From contig CBDUKB010000001.1 in NCBI GenBank assembly GCA_965367695.1, positions 3,485 through 67,484 on the forward strand: a DNA stretch of 64,000 bases, written 5' to 3'. Shown one piece after another: positions 30,398 to 40,684 of this stretch (positions are counted from its first letter, which is position 1; the number at the start of each line of letters is the position of its first letter). The position numbers and the translations under genes were made by a program. This DNA comes from an uncultured Putridiphycobacter sp. (GTDB lineage: Bacteria > Bacteroidota > Bacteroidia > Flavobacteriales_D > Crocinitomicaceae). Under the pieces are notes generated by a model. That model made no database searches. It worked only from the letters and a program-made list of their open reading frames with translations, and had not been told where the DNA came from.

Positions 30398-30757
30398 ATG
30401 AACATAGAAGAATTAGACCAGTACTGTATGCAGAAAAAAGGCGTCACGGTTTCGACACCTTTTGATGAAGTGACACTCGTGTATAAGGTCATGAACAAAA
30501 TGTTTGCTTTATCAAACATCAATAACTTTAAAAGCGTCAACTTAAAATGCGATCCTGAGTATGCTTTGGAGTTAAGGGCGAATTATGTTGAAATTCAACC
30601 GGGTTATCATATGAGTAAAAAGCATTGGAATACCGTATTATTGAATGAATCCTTTCCAGATGCAAAAGTGTATGCGTTGATTGATCATTCTTATGATTTG
30701 ATAGTGAACGGGCTGACTAAAAAACTACAACTAGAATTAGCGGCATTACCGGATTAA
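30398..30757 (+). CDS. MmcQ/YjbR family DNA-binding protein
   Basis: PFDEVTLVYKV..KMFAL, NLKCDPE, PGYHMSKKHWNTV, LIDHSYDL. Confidence 0.9.
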   Translation: MNIEELDQYCMQKKGVTVSTPFDEVTLVYKVMNKMFALSNINNFKSVNLKCDPEYALELRANYVEIQPGYHMSKKHWNTVLLNESFPDAKVYALIDHSYDLIVNGLTKKLQLELAALPD

Positions 30758-30815
30758 TATTAATTCTTTTATTGCCCTAATTAATAATTTTGTGAAAAAT
30801 CGATAGGAAGAAAAT

Positions 30816-31991
30816 ATGGAAGAAAAAGATTTGAAAAGCGATTGCTATGGGTTTGGGACTAAAGCCATCCATGCGGGTGTGCATCCTGACCCAGCAACAG
30901 GAGCAATTATGACACCTATTTATCAAACCAGCACCTATGTTCAAGATGAAGTTGGACTTAACAAAGGCTATGAATACTCCAGGTCAAAAAACCCAACGCG
31001 ACATGCATTAGAGAAGAATTTAGCAGCAATTGAGAACGGAAAATATGGGGCTTGTTTTGGTTCAGGTTTAGCGGCAATTGATTGTGTGTTAAAAATGTTA
31101 AATCCTGGTGATGAGGTAGTTTCAACTAACGATTTATATGGTGGTACTTACAGGATATTTAAAACTATTTTTGAAAAATACGGCATTAAATTTCATTTTA
31201 TTGGCATGCAAAACGCAACTAATATTGAAGCATATTGTAATACAAATACCAAATTGATTTGGGTAGAAACACCAACCAATCCAATGTTGAACATCATTGA
31301 CATAGAAGCGGCCTCAAAAATCGCTAAAAAACACAATATTATGTTAGCTGTTGACAATACTTTTGCCACACCATTTTTACAAACCCCCCTTGATTTAGGG
31401 GCAGATATTGTTATGCATTCAGCAACAAAATATTTGGGCGGTCATTCAGATGTGGTAATGGGTGCATTGGTTTGCAATGACGATAAAATTGCGCAAGAAA
31501 TGTATCGCATTCAAAATTCATCAGGGGCAATAACCGCACCTATGGATTCCTTTTTGGTGTTGAGGGGGATAAAAACATTGCATTTAAGAATGCAAAGGCA
31601 TTGCGAAAATGGAGAAAAAATTGCACTTTTTTTAGCTGGTCATCCTAAAGTAGATCAGGTTTTTTGGCCTGGATTTCAAAGTCACCCCAACCATGATATT
31701 GCAAAAAGGCAAATGCGTGCATATGGGGGCATGATATCTTTTAGTATGGTTGACAACCAAATTTCGGTCGCACATGCGGTATTAAAAAACACGCAATTAT
31801 TTGCATTGGCAGAATCGCTTGGTGGAGTAGAATCTTTAATTGGACATCCGGCAACCATGACACATGCGTCAATTCCAAAATCGGAAAGAGAAGCTGCGGG
31901 TGTAGTTGATTCATTAATTAGGTTAAGTATTGGTGTGGAAGATGCGGATGATTTAGTGGCTGATTTGAATCAAGCTTTGGCACAAATTTAA
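30816..31991 (+). CDS. Cystathionine gamma-synthase/lyase (Cys/Met PLP enzyme)
   Basis: YSRSKNPTR, ETPTNP, VDNTFATP, HSATKYLGGHSD, AESLGGVESL. Confidence 0.93.
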   Translation: MEEKDLKSDCYGFGTKAIHAGVHPDPATGAIMTPIYQTSTYVQDEVGLNKGYEYSRSKNPTRHALEKNLAAIENGKYGACFGSGLAAIDCVLKMLNPGDEVVSTNDLYGGTYRIFKTIFEKYGIKFHFIGMQNATNIEAYCNTNTKLIWVETPTNPMLNIIDIEAASKIAKKHNIMLAVDNTFATPFLQTPLDLGADIVMHSATKYLGGHSDVVMGALVCNDDKIAQEMYRIQNSSGAITAPMDSFLVLRGIKTLHLRMQRHCENGEKIALFLAGHPKVDQVFWPGFQSHPNHDIAKRQMRAYGGMISFSMVDNQISVAHAVLKNTQLFALAESLGGVESLIGHPATMTHASIPKSEREAAGVVDSLIRLSIGVEDADDLVADLNQALAQI

Positions 31992-32096
31992 GTAAGCTAG
32001 ATTGGCAAGGAATTGTGCCATGATACATCATTTATTATTCTAACATGCTGTTTAAATTTGTATCTTGCACTGTTTAACAAATTACAACATAATGAA

Positions 32097-32810
32097 ATGA
32101 TTGCATACATTACAGGTACCTCTTCGGGGATTGGAAAAGCTTTGGCTGAAACCTTATTGAAGCATAACCATCAAGTTATTGGACTTTCAAGAAAACAAAG
32201 TATCAAGCATGCGAATTACACGCATATTGCTATTGATTTGAGTGACTTAAAACAAGTAAAGGCCTTTGAGTTTTCAGCGAATGTGAAGGATAATATCATT
32301 TTAGTCAACAATGCTGGGACAATTGGACCAATATTACCGGTAGGAAGGTTAGTGGCTGATGAAATTATTAAGTTAAATAATTTAAACATTACTGCCCCAC
32401 AAATTTTGTGCAACCAATTCATTCAAAAATATCAGGCCAACATAAAGCAATCCTATCAAATCATTAATATCAGTTCCGGTGCAGGAAAACGGCCTATTGA
32501 TGCATGGGCGAATTATTGCGCCTCGAAAGCAGCAATTGATTTATTTACACAAACCATTGAAATTGAGCTAAAAGAAAGAGGTAAAAACAATTGGCGTGTT
32601 TTTTCTATCGCTCCAGGTGTAGTTGATACACCCATGCAAGCGTTCATCAGAAATGCAAATCCGAAAGCATTTTTAAATCTCCAAAGATTCATTGACTTAA
32701 AAGAAAGTAATTCATTGGTTTCTGCAGGAGATGTTGCGATTAAACTCATGGAAATCATTGGCAATCCAAACCAATTTGATAATACCCTCGTTTCTTTAAA
32801 TACAAAGTAA
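32097..32810 (+). CDS. Short-chain dehydrogenase (benzil/sepiapterin reductase-like); probable start MIAYITG
   Basis: TGTSSGIG, NNAG, ISSGA, YCASK (YxxxK), PGVVDT. Confidence 0.88.
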   Translation: MIAYITGTSSGIGKALAETLLKHNHQVIGLSRKQSIKHANYTHIAIDLSDLKQVKAFEFSANVKDNIILVNNAGTIGPILPVGRLVADEIIKLNNLNITAPQILCNQFIQKYQANIKQSYQIINISSGAGKRPIDAWANYCASKAAIDLFTQTIEIELKERGKNNWRVFSIAPGVVDTPMQAFIRNANPKAFLNLQRFIDLKESNSLVSAGDVAIKLMEIIGNPNQFDNTLVSLNTK

Positions 32811-32913
32811 GGAATGAGATCATCTAATAGCCTTCCTATACTTCTGTATTAATTATTACTAAAATAAATTAAAAATACCGTATTTTTACCAGATAGAAAA
32901 TCAACCGCACACT

Positions 32914-35007
32914 ATGAAATTTATTTTTTCAATCCTATTTATGTCCCTTGCAATTTTTTCAATGGGTCAAACGAATTGGTGTGGGACTGATTATTATTTC
33001 CAACAAAAGCTAACTGAAAACCCTAATTTACAACAACAAGTCAATGAGCATATGAATAGAATGCATATGCAAGGCATAGCTTCTGATCGTTCAGATTCAA
33101 TCATCATACCGGTTGTTTTTCACATCATACATGACAATGGCATAGGAAATATACCAGATGCTCAAATTCTTGAGGGTTTGAGAATATTGAATGAGGACTT
33201 TAATCGATTGAATGCTGATACTGTTGATACTAGGAATACTGCAAATGCTCCGTTTTTACCCCTTGCGGCAAATCCAAAAATATGTTTTCAATTGGCGAAA
33301 CTAGATCCTAATGGCAATTGTACAAATGGTATTGAAAGAAGAAATTCAGCAGCTGGAACCTATAATGGGAGTGATGCAACATCTAAATTTTATGCTGGCG
33401 GCGGTATGAATGCTTGGAATAGGTCAAACTACTTTAATATTTGGGTGGTAAATGACATAGAAAGCGCTGACCCATTCTTTACTATTTATGGGTATGCCCA
33501 ATTTCCTTATACTGGTGCTGCAAGTACTTATGGGGTTATCATTCGACAAGACCATATTGGTGAAACCACAACAGGAGAAAGAACATTGACACATGAGGTC
33601 GGACATTGTTTAGGACTGTTTCATGTATTTCAAGATGGTTGTGGTTCCAATGGAACGAGTTGTGCAAATGCAGGTGATTATTGTTGTGATACCCCACCTT
33701 CTTTTCAAGCATTTCAAGCATGTGACACCACCCATAATTCATGTAACCAAATTCAAAATGGAGACTTTTATGGAGTTGATGTATACGACCAGTTAGAAAA
33801 CTATATGAGTTACAGTGATTGTCAAAATATGTTTTCAAACGACCAGAAGAATATCATGCATTATAATATTGATAATTACGCTTTTTTAACTAGTTTGACT
33901 TCATCAACAAATATTATTAATACAGGTGTTTCGTTACCTGCGACCTTATGTAAAGCAGAATTTGCTTCAAGCACAAAAGTAATTTGTGAAGGAAATTCAA
34001 TTGACTTTTATGATTTATCATATGGAGGAATAACCACAAGAAACTGGACACTCACTGGGGGTTCCCCAAGTAGTAGTGCTGATTCATTAATTACAGTGAC
34101 TTATAATACACCTGGTATATATGAAGTGTCAATAACCGTATCTGATGGGGTAAGTAGTTTGACTGAAACGAAGACTGCATATATCACGGTTTTACCAGAT
34201 CCTGGTACTGATTTACCGATCCAAGAAGGGTTTGAAAGCATTACTTTCCCTGACAATTATAACTATTTCACAAGTGAAAATAATTCAGTAAACGATTGGG
34301 AAATCACTTCTGCTGCAGCCAATACAGGTGTAAAATCCTTGTGGTATAACAATTATCAAAAAGGCAATCCAGGCAGCATTGTTTCTTTTGAATCTGGCAC
34401 CATAGATTTGAGTGTTGTGGATCCTTCAGATGATTTAATATTCACTTTTGACTATGCATATAATAAAAGAACGAGTTCAGATGATGATTATCTAAAAATT
34501 TATGTTTCTGTAAATTGTGGTGAAACTTGGGTCTTACGTAAATCAATACATGGTAGTTTTTTGAACAGCAATGTAACTTCCAGTTCTTTTACACCCAATA
34601 GTCTTGACGATTGGGACAATGTTTCCATTGGCAATATTACAAGTGCATATTTTGTTTCTAATTTTAAATATCGATTTGAATTTGAATCAGATGGAGGGAA
34701 CAATATATTTATCGATAACATTAATATTGTGCCAACTTCTTGGTTGTCGATTGAAGAGGAAGAAAATCTTTCCTTCATTCAAATCTATCCAAATCCAGTA
34801 AACGATATATTGTATGTTCGATTAACAAACCCAAACACACTTATAAAAGTTTATGATGCCATGGGCAAAGAAATCGCAATGCCTTATACAGGACAAACAA
34901 TGGAAAGCAATATTCAGTTTTCAACAGCTCATTTAGCAAAGGGCATGTATTATATTTCCTTTCAAAACGAACATGGATCTTTCACAAAGAAATTCGTAAA
35001 AAAATAA
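32914..35007 (+). CDS. Secreted M43 (pappalysin/ulilysin-type) zinc metalloprotease with PKD domain and T9SS CTD, copy 1
   Basis: WCGT pro-peptide Cys switch, IPVVFH, HEVGHCLGLFH, Met-turn NYMSY, PKD (WTLTGG...YNTPGIYEVSITV), YPNP CTD. Confidence 0.9.
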   Translation: MKFIFSILFMSLAIFSMGQTNWCGTDYYFQQKLTENPNLQQQVNEHMNRMHMQGIASDRSDSIIIPVVFHIIHDNGIGNIPDAQILEGLRILNEDFNRLNADTVDTRNTANAPFLPLAANPKICFQLAKLDPNGNCTNGIERRNSAAGTYNGSDATSKFYAGGGMNAWNRSNYFNIWVVNDIESADPFFTIYGYAQFPYTGAASTYGVIIRQDHIGETTTGERTLTHEVGHCLGLFHVFQDGCGSNGTSCANAGDYCCDTPPSFQAFQACDTTHNSCNQIQNGDFYGVDVYDQLENYMSYSDCQNMFSNDQKNIMHYNIDNYAFLTSLTSSTNIINTGVSLPATLCKAEFASSTKVICEGNSIDFYDLSYGGITTRNWTLTGGSPSSSADSLITVTYNTPGIYEVSITVSDGVSSLTETKTAYITVLPDPGTDLPIQEGFESITFPDNYNYFTSENNSVNDWEITSAAANTGVKSLWYNNYQKGNPGSIVSFESGTIDLSVVDPSDDLIFTFDYAYNKRTSSDDDYLKIYVSVNCGETWVLRKSIHGSFLNSNVTSSSFTPNSLDDWDNVSIGNITSAYFVSNFKYRFEFESDGGNNIFIDNINIVPTSWLSIEEEENLSFIQIYPNPVNDILYVRLTNPNTLIKVYDAMGKEIAMPYTGQTMESNIQFSTAHLAKGMYYISFQNEHGSFTKKFVKK

Positions 35008-35085
35008 TGCAGCAATTAATTATAAATCCGATTGCTGTAGCAACTATAACCTAAATTAACACTTAATAAAAACCAACAATTCATT

Positions 35086-37185
35086 ATGAAATTTATTTTT
35101 TCAACCCTATTCATTGCCTTATCAATTTTTACAATTGGCCAAACTGATTGGTGTGGTACTGATCATTATTATCAAAAGAGTTTAGCCGAAAATCCGGATT
35201 TACAACAACAAATTGATGAGTATATGGCAAGAATGCATAGCCAAGGGGTTGCGTCTCACCGATCGGACTCAATTATCATACCTGTTGTTTTCCATGTGAT
35301 ACACGATAATGGTATTGGTAACATTTCGAATGCCCAAATTTTCGACGGTTTGAGAGTGCTTAATGAAGATTTTAGTAAAATGAATGCTGATACTGTAAAT
35401 ACTAGAAACACAGTTGATGCACCTTTTTTACCAAGAGCTGCGGATGTAAAGATTTGCTTTCAATTAGCCAAATTAGATCCGAACGGAGACTGTACAAACG
35501 GAATAGAAAGAAGAAACTCAGCAATTGGAACTTATAATGCAGGTGATGCGACTTCAAAAAGTTATGCTGCAGGAGGAATGAATGCATGGAATAGGTCAAA
35601 ATATTTTAACATATGGGTGGTGAATGATATTGAGAATGATGATCCAAATAGCATTATATTAGGCTATGCTCAATTCCCTTATTTTGGGCAACCAAATACT
35701 TACGGGGTAATTATTCGTCAAGATAGAATTGGTGATATTGGAACAGGAACAGGGGATAGAACTTTGACACACGAAGTTGGTCACTGTTTGGGATTATTTC
35801 ATGTTTTTCAAGATGGTTGTGGTTCAAACAATACAGACTGTTCAAGTAATGGTGATTACTGTTGTGATACTCCTCCTTCAGCTCAATCAACTCAATCATG
35901 TAACGCCACATATAATTCTTGTAATCAAATCCAAAATGGAGATTTTTATGGGACTGATGTTTTTGATCAATTGGAGAATTTTATGAGTTATTCTGATTGT
36001 CAAAGCATGTTTTCTTTAGACCAAAGAAACGTGATGTATAGTGCGATTAACAATTATTCATTCTTGACCAATTTAACTTCTTCTGCAAATCTAGTAAGTA
36101 CTGGTGTAAGCCTTCCGGCTGTGTTATGTAAGGCCGACTTTGAATCTAACAAACAAGTAATTTGCGCTGGAAGCACCATTGATTTTTACGATTTATCATT
36201 CGCTGGTATTACTTCAAGAACTTGGACAATAAATGGGGGAACACCAAGTTCAAGTACCGATTCATTAGTGGCAGTGACGTTTAATACACCTGGTGTATAT
36301 GAGGTTTCTTTAACAGTTTCTGATGGGTCAAATAGTATGACGGAAACAAAAACAAGTTATATTTCTGTATTACCGGAACCAGGCAATGATTTACCAATTC
36401 AAGAAGGATTTGAAAATGTAACTTTTCCAGATAATATTAACTTTTTCACCTCAAGTTTTACGGGTATAGACGACTGGAAGATTACTTCTAATGCTGCACA
36501 TTCCGGTGCAAAATCCTTATGGTTTAATAATTATCAAAATGGAAACCCTGGTTCAACAATATCATTCGAATCCGGTTCAATTGATTTAAGTGTAATGGAT
36601 CCTAGCGACGATTTGATTTTTTCTTTTGATTATGCTTATAACAAAAGAACATCTACAAGTGATGATTATTTAAAAATATATGTTTCAAATAATTGTGGGG
36701 AATCGTGGGTATTGAGAAAACAGCTTCATGGAAGCTTTTTAAGTAGCACTGTTACTTCTAGCGTCTTCACGCCAAGTAGTTTGGATGATTGGGACAATGT
36801 ATCAATCACCAACATTACAAGTACATATTTTGTATCTAATTTCAGGTATCGATTTGTGTTTGAATCAGATGGAGGGAATAATATTTTCATTGATAATATT
36901 AATATTGTACCAGAGTCATGGTTGTCAATAGAACAAGAAGAAGATTTGTCCTTGATTCAAATATATCCGAATCCGGTAAATGATGTCCTAAATGTTCAAT
37001 TAGCAAATTCAAGCACCAGTATTAAAGTGTTTGATGCCGCTGGTAAAGAATTAGAGATGATTCAATTTAACCAGACAAGTGAAAATAATATTCAAATTTC
37101 TACTAATCATTTAGCTGTAGGTTTATATTATATTTCATTTACAAATGAACAAGGTTCAATTACTAAAAAATTCATCAAGAAATAA
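35086..37185 (+). CDS. Secreted M43 zinc metalloprotease with PKD domain and T9SS CTD, copy 2 (close paralog of copy 1)
   Basis: WCGT, HEVGHCLGLFH, NFMSY, PKD, YPNP CTD. Confidence 0.9.
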   Translation: MKFIFSTLFIALSIFTIGQTDWCGTDHYYQKSLAENPDLQQQIDEYMARMHSQGVASHRSDSIIIPVVFHVIHDNGIGNISNAQIFDGLRVLNEDFSKMNADTVNTRNTVDAPFLPRAADVKICFQLAKLDPNGDCTNGIERRNSAIGTYNAGDATSKSYAAGGMNAWNRSKYFNIWVVNDIENDDPNSIILGYAQFPYFGQPNTYGVIIRQDRIGDIGTGTGDRTLTHEVGHCLGLFHVFQDGCGSNNTDCSSNGDYCCDTPPSAQSTQSCNATYNSCNQIQNGDFYGTDVFDQLENFMSYSDCQSMFSLDQRNVMYSAINNYSFLTNLTSSANLVSTGVSLPAVLCKADFESNKQVICAGSTIDFYDLSFAGITSRTWTINGGTPSSSTDSLVAVTFNTPGVYEVSLTVSDGSNSMTETKTSYISVLPEPGNDLPIQEGFENVTFPDNINFFTSSFTGIDDWKITSNAAHSGAKSLWFNNYQNGNPGSTISFESGSIDLSVMDPSDDLIFSFDYAYNKRTSTSDDYLKIYVSNNCGESWVLRKQLHGSFLSSTVTSSVFTPSSLDDWDNVSITNITSTYFVSNFRYRFVFESDGGNNIFIDNINIVPESWLSIEQEEDLSLIQIYPNPVNDVLNVQLANSSTSIKVFDAAGKELEMIQFNQTSENNIQISTNHLAVGLYYISFTNEQGSITKKFIKK

Positions 37186-37187
37186 AT

Positions 37188-39311
37188 ATGAAAATCCCTT
37201 TATTATTAGTCACTTTACTTTTACAAGTAGGTGCAGTTGTTCATGCGCAAACACAAAGTTTTCATGACCCAATTATGTGTGCTGAGCACATTGAAAGAGC
37301 GAATTTAGCTGCCGAAAATGATTCCTACAAATTTCAGGATAGTGTAGATCAAGCAAATTTCGAAGTGGATTATCAATCGTACTTAGCTACTTTTAATAGT
37401 GATGATCGCTCAACATACACCATTCCAGTAGTGGTACATGTTGTTCATTTGGATGGCGTCGAAAATATTTCAATTGCCCAAATAAACAATGCCATTGAAA
37501 CTTTAAACAGAGATTTTAATATGGCGAATTCAGATTTGGGTAATACGGTTCCAGCTTTTTCAGGAATTACAGGAAACCCGAGTTTTGAATTTGTGTTGGC
37601 AACCAAAGATCCAAATGGTAATTGTCACAGTGGAATTACGAGAACAGCTTCAAGTACGACTTACGATTCTGGCATGAGTAATGGTGGGCATGCAATTGTT
37701 GATGCAGTAGCTGCTGAACATGGAATTTGGCCACAGAAAGATTATATGTCCATTTTTGTTTGTATCGATCCTATTGGGGCAGCCGGTTATACTTATCGAC
37801 CATCAAATTTCTTTAACCCGAATGAAATGTATGGCGCTATTTTTATGCGTCACGATTATATGGGTACAATTGGAACAAGTTCAAATACAGCAAGACATAC
37901 TTTGGCGCATGAAGCAGGACATTGGTTTAATTTAGCACATTGTTGGGGTTCAACTAATAGTCCGAATGAACCGAACAATTGCAATGATGACGACAATGTT
38001 GCAGATACACCGAATACAAAAGGTTGGACAGCTTGTAACACTTCGGGTGTTTCATGTGGTTCCCTCGACAATGTTCAAAATATAATGGAATATTCATATT
38101 GTTCAACTATGTTTACGGATGGTCAAGCTGCAAGAATGCAAGCTGCTTTGTTAAATAATACAGCAGGAAGAAGTAATTTATCGACCAATACAAATTTACA
38201 GGCAAGGGGAGTATTAAGTCCAACTAATGAAAATTGTGCAGCAACATTCGTTCAAACAAATACCATTTCATGTGCTGGAAGTAGTATTGAGTTTGCAGAT
38301 GTGTCATTTCATAACATCACAAATAGAGTTTGGTCATTTCCTGGGGGTTCACCGAGCACTTCAACGGATTCGTCAGTAGTTGTTAGTTATACTACAGCTG
38401 GTCAGTATCCAGTTACCTTAACGGTATCGAACGCTACGAATCAAGAAACAGTTACCATTAATGATTATATCAGTGTGTTGGAAGTGCCGGGAACGGCATT
38501 GCCATATTTCGAAAGCTTTGAGAATCAAACTGGTTTCCCCGATAATATTAGTTTTTCTGTTCAAAACCCAAACAGTGATTATGCCTGGCAAATTAAAAAT
38601 GGTGTTGGAAGTTCAGGGAATAATTCCTTGTTTTTAAATAACCATGCTGCCAACGGAATTGATGTAGATAAAGTTATTTCTGGAGCGATTGATTTAAGTA
38701 TTTTATCCCCAGACAATGATTTGAAATTTGAATTTAAATATGCTTACCATAAAAGGAACAGCCAAGATGACGAATACTTAAGATTATACGTTTCGAATGA
38801 TTGCGGTGAAACATGGGTATTGAGGAAATCAATTCATGGAGATTTCCTAAACTCAAATGTACAGTCTAGTGGTTTTACACCAAGTGCGGACGATTGGAAA
38901 AAAGTGACCGTAACAAACATTAATGAAAATTTTTTCGTACCAAATTTCAGGTATAAATTTGAGTTTATTTCTGAGTCGGGAAATAATATTTATATCGACG
39001 ATATTAATATCGTTTCTCCCGATTATGTTGGTCTTGAAGATGGTGTAATAGGTGTAAAACAAGCGGCAAGTTTGTTTCCAAATCCTACTAACAATACAAG
39101 TAAGCTTGTATTAAATGGTTATTCAAATAATCAGGTTGAGGTTGCATTGTATGATATAAATGGTAGCATGATTAAAATACTCTATAATCAAACCGTTGAG
39201 CAAAATCAAGTAAATGTTCCTATCAATACTTTTACGCTCAGTAAAGGGGTTTATGTAGTCAGCATAAAAAGTGATGATAAAATAGAGACCTTGAAATTAA
39301 TTAAACAATAA
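37188..39311 (+). CDS. Secreted M43 zinc metalloprotease with PKD domain and T9SS CTD, copy 3 (more divergent)
   Basis: MCAE, IPVVVHVVH, HEAGHWFNLAH, NIMEY, PKD, FPNP CTD. Confidence 0.9.
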   Translation: MKIPLLLVTLLLQVGAVVHAQTQSFHDPIMCAEHIERANLAAENDSYKFQDSVDQANFEVDYQSYLATFNSDDRSTYTIPVVVHVVHLDGVENISIAQINNAIETLNRDFNMANSDLGNTVPAFSGITGNPSFEFVLATKDPNGNCHSGITRTASSTTYDSGMSNGGHAIVDAVAAEHGIWPQKDYMSIFVCIDPIGAAGYTYRPSNFFNPNEMYGAIFMRHDYMGTIGTSSNTARHTLAHEAGHWFNLAHCWGSTNSPNEPNNCNDDDNVADTPNTKGWTACNTSGVSCGSLDNVQNIMEYSYCSTMFTDGQAARMQAALLNNTAGRSNLSTNTNLQARGVLSPTNENCAATFVQTNTISCAGSSIEFADVSFHNITNRVWSFPGGSPSTSTDSSVVVSYTTAGQYPVTLTVSNATNQETVTINDYISVLEVPGTALPYFESFENQTGFPDNISFSVQNPNSDYAWQIKNGVGSSGNNSLFLNNHAANGIDVDKVISGAIDLSILSPDNDLKFEFKYAYHKRNSQDDEYLRLYVSNDCGETWVLRKSIHGDFLNSNVQSSGFTPSADDWKKVTVTNINENFFVPNFRYKFEFISESGNNIYIDDINIVSPDYVGLEDGVIGVKQAASLFPNPTNNTSKLVLNGYSNNQVEVALYDINGSMIKILYNQTVEQNQVNVPINTFTLSKGVYVVSIKSDDKIETLKLIKQ

Positions 39312-39326
39312 AAAAGTAATTCGCAT

Positions 39327-39358
39327 AAAAAAAGGGGTAAATTATTATTTACCCCTTT
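39327..39358. terminator. Terminator between the convergent M43 and DUF2853 genes
   Basis: AAAGGGGTAAAT-TATT-ATTTACCCCTTT perfect stem with a flanking A-run. Confidence 0.75.
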
Positions 39359-39378
39359 CTTGTTTAAAGTATTTCAAT

Positions 39379-39720
39379 TTATTTATAAACCCCAGCTTTG
39401 TTAAATTTTTCTACTAATAAATAATAGAAAATTGCTCTGTATTTATTTTTATTTGATTTTCCCATTTCATTTATTACGTCTTCAATAGCGCTGTCTAAAG
39501 TTGGACCATCTTTCAAACCTAACTTCTTGATTAAGAAATTATTTTTTACTGTAGCCAATTCTTTTGCATCAGATCCTGAAACAGTAGATGAATCTGCATT
39601 ATATATAGAAGGTCCGCATCCAATCACTACTTTTTCAAATAAGTCATTATTTACGTTTTTAATACCCAATTTGGTCATTTCTTTTTTGTACTTTTCAATT
39701 AATTCCGCTCTTTTACTCAT
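39379..39720 (-). CDS. DUF2853 family protein
   Basis: GCGPSIYNADSSTVSGSD..EL.TVKNNFLIKKLGL...KYRAIFYYLL. Confidence 0.85.
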   Translation of the reverse strand: MSKRAELIEKYKKEMTKLGIKNVNNDLFEKVVIGCGPSIYNADSSTVSGSDAKELATVKNNFLIKKLGLKDGPTLDSAIEDVINEMGKSNKNKYRAIFYYLLVEKFNKAGVYK

Positions 39721-40069
39721 AGTTGTTAAGTTTAATATGTATGCTAAAGATAGTACTTTTCGATTATTTTAAAAAGTTTCTGTTTTATATTTTTAAAACA
39801 AAGTTTTACACATCTTCCTTCTGCTTTCATTTTTGCCTTTTAATGAATCGTTAAATCCATCTTTATGAAGGGAAATTTGATGCAAAATAGTACTGATTAA
39901 TATTTTTCAAATGAAAGATTAATTAAATTTCAGGCGAAATGAATAAGTTTTAATCCTTTATTCTCATTGAAGATATTTAATTCACTGTAAGGGAACAATT
40001 GAATTTTGATTTATTCTTTTAGTTTTGTACAAAAGTTGATTATTTCTAAAGCTGTACTAAAAAAATTAA

Positions 40070-40681
40070 ATGTCAAAAAAACTAATTGTTGGAATTACAG
40101 GAGGAAGTGGTGTAGGCAAAACGACATTGATTGATTTATTGTACAAGGAATTTCCGAATAAAATTACCACCTTTTCATTAGACAACTATTATTTACCAAT
40201 TGAAAAGCAAGCACTGGATGAAAATGGACATGTTAATTTTGATTTGCCTTCGGGTCTAGATGTTGAAAGAATGGAAAGCGATTTTTTAAAATTAATTTCA
40301 GATCAATCCATTTCATTCTCTAGGTATAATTTTAACAATCCAATCAATGAGCGAGAAAAGGTTATACTCGAGCCGAAAGACATTATTCTAGTAGAAGGAT
40401 TATTTGTGATGTATTACCCATTTTTAAAAGAAAAACTAGACTATAAAGTTTATTTAAAAGTGGATCCTTCAGTTCAATTAGAAAGGCGTTTAAAAAGAGA
40501 TGTCAAGGAAAGAAATTATTTAAGAGAAGATATCATTTACCAATGGAATAATCATGTTTTACCAGCTTATAAAAACTATGTGTCGCCTTTTGAAAATGAA
40601 TCAGATTTAATTATTACCAACAACATGTCATTTGATAAGAACATGCATATTTTAATTGAAAAGATTAAAACAGTATTATAA
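40070..40681 (+). CDS. udk: Uridine kinase family protein
   Basis: GITGGSGVGKTT, LDNYY, NFDLP, LVEGLF, RRLKRDVKER. Confidence 0.8.
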   Translation: MSKKLIVGITGGSGVGKTTLIDLLYKEFPNKITTFSLDNYYLPIEKQALDENGHVNFDLPSGLDVERMESDFLKLISDQSISFSRYNFNNPINEREKVILEPKDIILVEGLFVMYYPFLKEKLDYKVYLKVDPSVQLERRLKRDVKERNYLREDIIYQWNNHVLPAYKNYVSPFENESDLIITNNMSFDKNMHILIEKIKTVL

Positions 40682-40684
40682 GCA

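Noticed and set aside
32003-32020. TGGCAAGGAATTGTGCCA palindrome resembling a sigma-54 site
   Set aside because: Spacing is not GG-N10-GC on either strand; the short inverted repeat could be chance
35008-35040. Imperfect hairpin TGCAGCAAT...ATTGCTGTA between M43 copies 1 and 2
   Set aside because: Short stem, long loop and no U-tract; at most a minor mRNA stability element
39721-40069. 350-bp intergenic region, the longest in the window
   Set aside because: Holds divergent -7 elements, but I found no convincing ORF, repeat, riboswitch or stable hairpin
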